From: Pelomyxa schiedti
Taxonomy: Eukaryota; Protista; Evosea
Direction of reading: 5' to 3'
NCBI GenBank assembly: GCA_020536535.1
Contig: JAHLWZ010000596.1
Coordinates: 37,369-101,368 of the forward strand
DNA: 64,000 nucleotides
Part shown: piece by piece, positions 57,754-64,000 of the stretch
Layout: each line of letters starts with the position of its first letter
Numbering within the stretch: position 1 is the stretch's first letter
Notes under the pieces: model-generated
The model's database searches: none
What the model was told of the DNA's origin: nothing
What the model saw: only the letters and a program-made list of their open reading frames with translations
Program-made: the position numbers and the translations under genes

Positions 57754-60700
57754 ATGGCGACCAGTTCGTCGCCGCCGTTTTCGTCAGTGGTAGACAACGG
57801 ATCTCACGAGGGATCTGTGCCGAACGACGAGTTTGTGGATGGTCTTGTCCTGCCGCCTCATATACTGGCCGAACTGCAGAAGGTATGGTTTTTTTTTCCC
57901 CTATTCTTCTTTTCCCCCTCCAAAAACTTGAAGACAGTTGGGCGTGCAATTCAATGTGGCTAACACTTGCGTAGCTTGTTCTTCCTGGCGGAGTTAATAG
58001 TGTTGCTCCCGGAGTCAGTGAATTTTTGTGGGGGGTTTGCAAAGCTTTTTTATTGAGAGAAACTAGTCTGCATTTGTGTGACTGCGTGCTGAGGGTTTTG
58101 GATAGCACCGGCAGTACAGCAGCCTTCTTGTCTCACACCATCACTACAGAGATTCAAGACACAAGTTACCTTCTATTTTTAATAAATACAATAATGAAGG
58201 AGCCTTACTGCTTTCTAACACTCTCAGTCAGGTTCTGCCCACACTCTTTTCCGTAGCAATTGTGTTGCCACCAGGCTATTATCGCAGTACTTCAAAATGC
58301 GTGGGGCAGCTTATCTGAAACACTGCCTGTCACATACGATAGCTTCCCTGCAATCAGAACCCAGTCTCGAGGTTTAGCTTTCTCGTGGATATTGGTCCTG
58401 TTACCAAGGGTACCTAGGTTGATGTTGTGAAACTGCAACAAGCTGCTAGTTCCAATGGCAATGCAAATTCTCCTTCCACTCCTCCTGTGGATATGTCATT
58501 TTGGGAATCCAAAGCAAAAGAGAACGCTTTACGGGTTGTGCAGCTATCTCAGCGTCTCTTTGATCACATTTGCAGTTCTGTGGATCAATGTCCAATGTGA
58601 GCACAAGCCCTCCTGTACTGTACAGCAAAGTTCATTTTTATTTTTTCAGGAGTTTCCGTTTGCTTTTTGCCCATGCAAAACAACAAGTTCAACACAGATT
58701 CCCCGCTGCTGCCTCACTTGTTGTTGGAGGTTTTATTTTTTTGCGGTTTTTGTGCCCTGCTATTGTTGCCCCTGAGGGACATGGACTTCTCTCTGGTATC
58801 ATCTTATTCACGTGCCTTGTGGATTGAAACTATTTCATTGCAGGATCTATAGCGCCTGCAATGAGGCGCAATCTCGTTTTAATAAGCAAGCTTATGCAAA
58901 CATTGGCAAATGGGGTTACAGAAGGGCTTGTATCTCACCCAGTATTTACAGCATTTTTGACAATAAACGCGGAAGCTTGTTCCTCCTTTTATACAAACCT
59001 TACCGTATGCTAAACCCTTCCTCTTGTGAAGTTTTTCTCATTCCAAAAGAATGTTGTCCCAGACACCAAGAACACTGCACCCACAGTGACAGTGTATGCG
59101 ACAATGACTGACGATTTGGCATATATTTTTACTAAAGTACTGAAAAACTTTGAACTGTTTAATGAAAGTACAAAAGAGTTTGTGGTATGTGCATTAATCA
59201 TGTCCATAAAATAGATAACTTTCTCCCAAGGAAATGAGAAAACAAGTTCAAGAGCTTGTGAATTCTGCCACTACACTGGAAAAAGGAAATAATTTCTTAA
59301 CGAGACTCTTCAAAAAGGCTACCAAAGCAGCAACCGTTCCAGGTGGTTCCCAGGGAAGCTCTGCACCTTCGTCAACAGAAGAAATGTTAAAGAAGGTATC
59401 TACCATTTGTTTCAGACTTGTTTTCCTTATTAAATTCTTTCCAGGAAATAATGTCCAAGTTGGAAGAACTTACCCAAGTGGCACACATAAATGCTGAGAA
59501 TGAAAGCCAGTCCAAATTAAAAGTCTTATTTTTAATGCATAAAAAGAAACTGAAAACATCCTTAGAAAATGCAACAAGAAATTGAGCAACTGAAAAAAGA
59601 ACTGCAGATTGAGAAAGAGCTGCGTCTAAAGCTTGCTAAAGAAGTTGATAAGAAGCACATAATACCACAAGTACCACGGTTATTCTCCAAAGGAATTTCG
59701 ACTTCAACAGCCGTCGAAGCTGTTACAAAATTCGAGCCTGCCTCTTATAAGGTTTCCAACTTCCTCCTTACCAACCATAACCTTGTATTGCAGGAGCTGG
59801 TAAATAGTGCTAGTCTCCTTTCACAAAGGACTCAAATTACAACTCCACCCGAATTTGCTGAAGCACTATCAATAATGTTACAAAAGCCACAACCTCCACA
59901 ACCTCCACCTCTTGTGCTCGTTCCATCTCAAAATCAAATCCATCTTCAAAACTCTGTGAAGCAGTTTCAAGTACCTCCCCTATTTCCCAAATTTCTCTGA
60001 TTTACATAGGATTTAAATATGCTTGTTGATGTTGCATTTCAAAGAATTGAAGGTTTGCTACTGAGACTGGACGAGTCTACTATCATTTACCGCTCCATCA
60101 TTCTTGCCATTGGTACTGTGATGAAAGATCTAACTAAGGTACATGATTTTTGTTCTCAATAGACTTCATTCCTAAACTTGCCTCAGATTACCGCTCTTCC
60201 ACTCGCGGAGCACTTCGAACCTACCCCGGTGGCTGCTTTGCAGTCGGCAGCAATTGGGCCGGTCACACCAGAGCAAGTGGAGCATCTTATGTAACTACCA
60301 ATTTCACAGTAGTTTTAAAGGTTAAGACGCTCTAACTCAGGAAGATAGCTGCAAGAGTACTTGGCCAATGCCGGGAATACCTAATGAACATATTTCCCCA
60401 AGATATTACCTTGCAGATATTACCATCTTTGAGCACAAGAGTTTTGTGTATTAACAATGTACTACTACCTTTTTGAAAAGAATCCTCTCACTCTACCCCA
60501 TAGATGCTTGACTCCTGTTGTGTAGCTATTGGCTATACTGTTGTGCAGCCAACCCTTAACTTTCCTTCCATCAACCGCAATTCCCAGCCTCTGTCTGAGA
60601 TGGCTTCCACCGTACCCCCAACCTCTACCTCTCCCACTCTGTGCTCCCCACCACCAACATCAACACAAACACCAACATTACCCACCCAACTGCCAACACA

Positions 60701-60968
60701 GCAACCGGTTCTACAGCCAGCTCCCAGTCCACCTCTTTTGCCACCAACCACCGCCCCTCTCCCACCTCCACAAACAGCAGCACCAGCACCACCCAACGCA
60801 GCACCCTTACCACAAACACAAACAGCCGCACCCACTTCCACATCAGCCACATACACAGTTCCCCCTTCCTCTACAGCACCAAGTAATAGACAACCAGCAC
60901 GCCCCCAGGCAGTAGCCCCAGTACCAACCCAGACATTCATCACTGCAACACCCCAAAGACGGGGCTGA
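57754..60968 (+). CDS. RasGAP-domain protein with a coiled coil and Pro/Thr-rich tail
   Basis: Arginine finger TLFRSN..ATRLL, GAAYLKHCL, VGGFIFLRFLCPAIVAP and RNLVLISKLMQTLAN. Confidence 0.85.
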
Positions 60969-61556
60969 GGCAACTTTTCACCCCCCAGACCGTACAGCGG
61001 CTTTTGTATTTATTGACAAGTAATATACAGTAACTGTGTAACCGTACTAGTACAACCTCAGAACCCCCCGAGAAGCTCTAGAGCACCATTGGCTGAATAA
61101 AAAAAACACGGAGACCTCCGATCCTGAGCACGGTCACGAAAAGGACCGCGTTCCGGTCTGTTGATTGTTTTCTTCAGCCAATTAAAAACCCAAGTTTTTT
61201 TTTGAGTTGAGGGCACCTGATCCTGATGACTCAATAGAGCACTCGCATCAAAAAGCGCCAAGGTTTTTTTATTGCGCCAGCTTGTTTTCTTAATCGCAGT
61301 CATTTTGACTTCACCTCGCGGTCCATGTAGCTGCACTTTCCGCTTTTAGTCGCCGACCAAAACAAATGTTGATTTTCGACGAAAAAATGGCGCAATAACA
61401 AACCTTGGCGCTTTTTGCTCCGCATGCTCTACAATAATATCGGAGTGAGATGGCACTGCGGTGAGGTGGATGTTTGGTGGTGCTGTTACACGAAAACCCC
61501 TTCACATCCACGCAGAAAGTCAAGTGAGAGGTTAGTCGTAAAAAAACCTAGGTGGC

Positions 61557-61870
61557 GTTAAGGGAAGAGCTGTTGGCAATGGGGGGACGGTAGGGAATCG
61601 GGGCACGGAACCACAGTCCGACCCCTTGCCTTCTGCCCAATCTCCATCTTCCTGGTAAGTTTCGCGAATTTTATTTTTAAGACACTTTTCCAGTGGGGGA
61701 ACAAATCGTGGGACCAGAGTTCGTGTGGTGCGGGCCTGCGAGCAGAAACAAAAAAGTCAGGAGTAAAAAATACCTGTGAAATGTTAGGGGAAGAGCTGCT
61801 GGCAATGGGGGGATGGCAGGTCTTCCGGGGGAGTTACCACATCCGGCCCCTGACATCTGCCCAATCTCCA
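61557..61870. repeat. Diverged direct duplication of about 90 bp (61557-61646 and 61783-61870)
   Basis: Both copies share gggaagagctg(t/c)tggcaatgggggga and tctgcccaatctcca. Confidence 0.7.
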
Positions 61871-61981
61871 CTCTCCCTCGGCAAACTTGGGTTTCTTCAA
61901 ATTAAAAGACCGGGTTTTTTGTGGTGACATAAATTGTGGGAAGAACGTGTTCACACTTGTGCTTGTAGATTTCTGTGAAGG

Positions 61982-64000
61982 CTACAGTGTGTGGTGGACA
62001 GGATTGCGTCTGGGGGTCTTGGGATGGTTCCCTCTTGGGGCATCAGGCACATACAGATAAACGTCAGGCTTTCTTCTTGTTGGGCTAGAAGGTGACTGTG
62101 GACGGGGGCATTGAGGGTCAAAGTCTGTTTCTGGTTCCTTGACTCTTCTCTTAGTAGGAAGAGTTGGCCTGGGACTTGGGATGGTTTTACTGGGTTTGAC
62201 GGCCACTATCTCAGTGACAGCCTCGTGTTGTGAGGGAGGAACAGTCACACGGTGACGAGAACCGCCGCACGGACGAAGACAAGGCACTGACGAAGGAGTG
62301 GGTCTGAGGTTTACAGTGCTTACCGGCTCAATGTTTCCTCCGCTTCTGTGAACCACCTGATCAGTCGGAACATTGGCACCATCACCTTGGATAGACTGTG
62401 ACAAGTCAATTTGAGGCATTGTACATCTGAGATACATTGATGCTTTGTGGTGAAATGTGTCCACTCCAAGTCGATCAGGGTGCTTCACAAGGATAGTCTC
62501 GCTACCTTGTTGCAGAAACTCAAGGAGAATAGGCCTCATGGTTTCATCTGTGCAGACATCCAAAAGCCACTGAAAAAGGGATGGGCGCTCCTTTGGATCA
62601 ATGCTAAAATATTTCCCTGACACGCTCAGATCCACGAGCACAGCCTCCGCGAGCATCTGTACCGTCAAAGTGTTTTCTACATACTCGGCAGCAGATACAG
62701 CAAGTTGGGAATTGATGGCACCCAGCAGGAAAAGGGTGACAGGCCACACAGTGGCACTATGTGGTACCTTGTAGTAAAGTACCTGCTCCACGACAAGAGC
62801 ACCGAGCCGTTGGGCCAACGGTGTCAGAACCTCCTGCAATGCAATAATATGCTTATGGAGCTTTCTGTATCCAATGGCAAAGCCGTCCGTACCTCCCTTT
62901 TTGCTGGATTCAGGCCTCAGCTTTAAAATAGTTTCAAACAGGTGGGTTGGATCCTGAAGAGCATCCCAGCAAAAGAGGTCATTGAAGTGTAGCCACAGGA
63001 GCACCTCTCCCCTGCACCCCTTCTGAATCAGCTTCACAATGGCAGTATCCATCTTGAATGTCTCTGTACCGCCAGGTTGTTGGGTGGCTTTACCCTCAGC
63101 TCTCAGAAAAGGAAGCAATCCCACAGCAGCTGTAACTTTTTGCTGGGGCTGGGGTGAGTAATGGCGAGTTGCGTTCTTGTCCTCAAATATGGCATATGTA
63201 CTCCTAGGAAGACCAATGAAGTCCTCAAATAGCATATGAAAGTGCCCTGAGCGTTTAGGTGTCAGAGTATCGACAAGCAACTCTGAGAGCAACTCTCCCT
63301 TTAGTTCGGCCTTAAAATCCGGCTGCACACTAATTAATTGAAATACAGCGCCGTTATTCGCCTGGCACACGGATTCGAGTATCAATTTAACAGTCCAGCT
63401 GGGCAGTGGTCCATCGGCAACCTTTTGAAACCGAGCGAACAGCTCCGAAAAAATTTCCACAGCCTCTTTACTGGTCGGGTACCTGGCGAGGTTACACAGC
63501 AGGTTGGGGAGGTTTCGGTTAATCTCCTCATCTCCATCACGGAATTCTCGACTGAGAATAATTTTCAGGGTCACCCACATCTGGGCGAGAGACGCCGCCA
63601 GGGCTCTTGTAGATTTGTCAAAAGGTGGCCATTTGTGCGCTGTGAATTCTGAAGGGAACGGCATCTCATCCCATCGCGTCGGGGTGGAGGCAACAAGATC
63701 CAACATCGCGTTGCAGGCCAGTTTGAAGTTTTTCTCCGACGTGCAGGCGGCCTTCAAAAGAGGTGGTGGCCCAGTCGCATGATCCCCTTTTCCTTTTGCA
63801 ACAGCACAACGAAACTGGAAGTCGTGAGCTTCAGCACTCCTCTTTTGAAGGCCGCCTGCACGTCGGAGAAAAACTGCCTTCCAGTTTCGGAATGGGTTCC
63901 AGAGAGTGAGATAAGAGCAGTTGTACCACCACCTCAAGTTAAATTTCAGTAGTGAATTCACTGTCTTTGTTTTTTCCCCTCATCATTCTCAGGACTGCAG
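61982..64000 (-). CDS. Large hypothetical protein; 5' part probably lies outside the window
   Basis: Open frame of about 650 codons with a helical core and Pro-rich tail. No domain recognised. Confidence 0.65.

Noticed and set aside
56737-57963. 408-aa plus-strand ORF and similar long antisense ORFs (2920-3603, 4983-5636, 26552-27433)
   Set aside because: These are shadow ORFs opposite real genes, often favoured by GC-rich codon usage, and have no domain signal.
1-64000. tRNA, rRNA or alternative genetic code
   Set aside because: No cloverleaf or rRNA-like segment was recognised by eye. In the genes spliced by hand, in-frame stops resolve as short GT-AG introns under the standard code.

Overview
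A gene-dense eukaryotic genomic window with about 24 protein-coding genes, most split by short (about 40-110 nt) GT-AG introns with weak donor sites, plus one 100-N assembly gap. A Shk-type kinase-SH2 gene points to Amoebozoa, and the overall style resembles an archamoeba such as Pelomyxa; both are inferences. All gene models were spliced by hand. Recognisable housekeeping genes: ITPK1 and an IPK-family inositol phosphate kinase tail-to-tail, a Josephin DUB, an alpha/beta hydrolase, cyclin B, Shk kinase, RPN13, PA200/Blm10, an Ariadne-type RBR ligase, a RasGAP and a SAM methyltransferase. The most notable items are: (1) a Ran paralog that naturally carries the Q69L-equivalent substitution, lacks Ran's C-terminal switch and acidic tail, and is fused behind nucleoporin-like SLFP/Q-rich repeats; (2) a RhoGAP-Pro-rich-UIM-A20-type OTU deubiquitinase fusion that the ORF track misses; (3) an intact 524-bp miniature LTR retroelement (TRIM) with identical 100-bp LTRs, a 5-bp TSD, an iMet-type PBS and a PPT; (4) a double acyl-CoA-synthetase with an internal ZZ zinc finger; (5) predicted pseudoenzymes (a C2-fused class-V PLP fold with Lys to Arg, and a motif-dead DEAD-box protein); (6) a decayed METTL4-like pseudogene; and (7) two paralogs of an uncharacterised Cys/His domain that may be a transcription factor.
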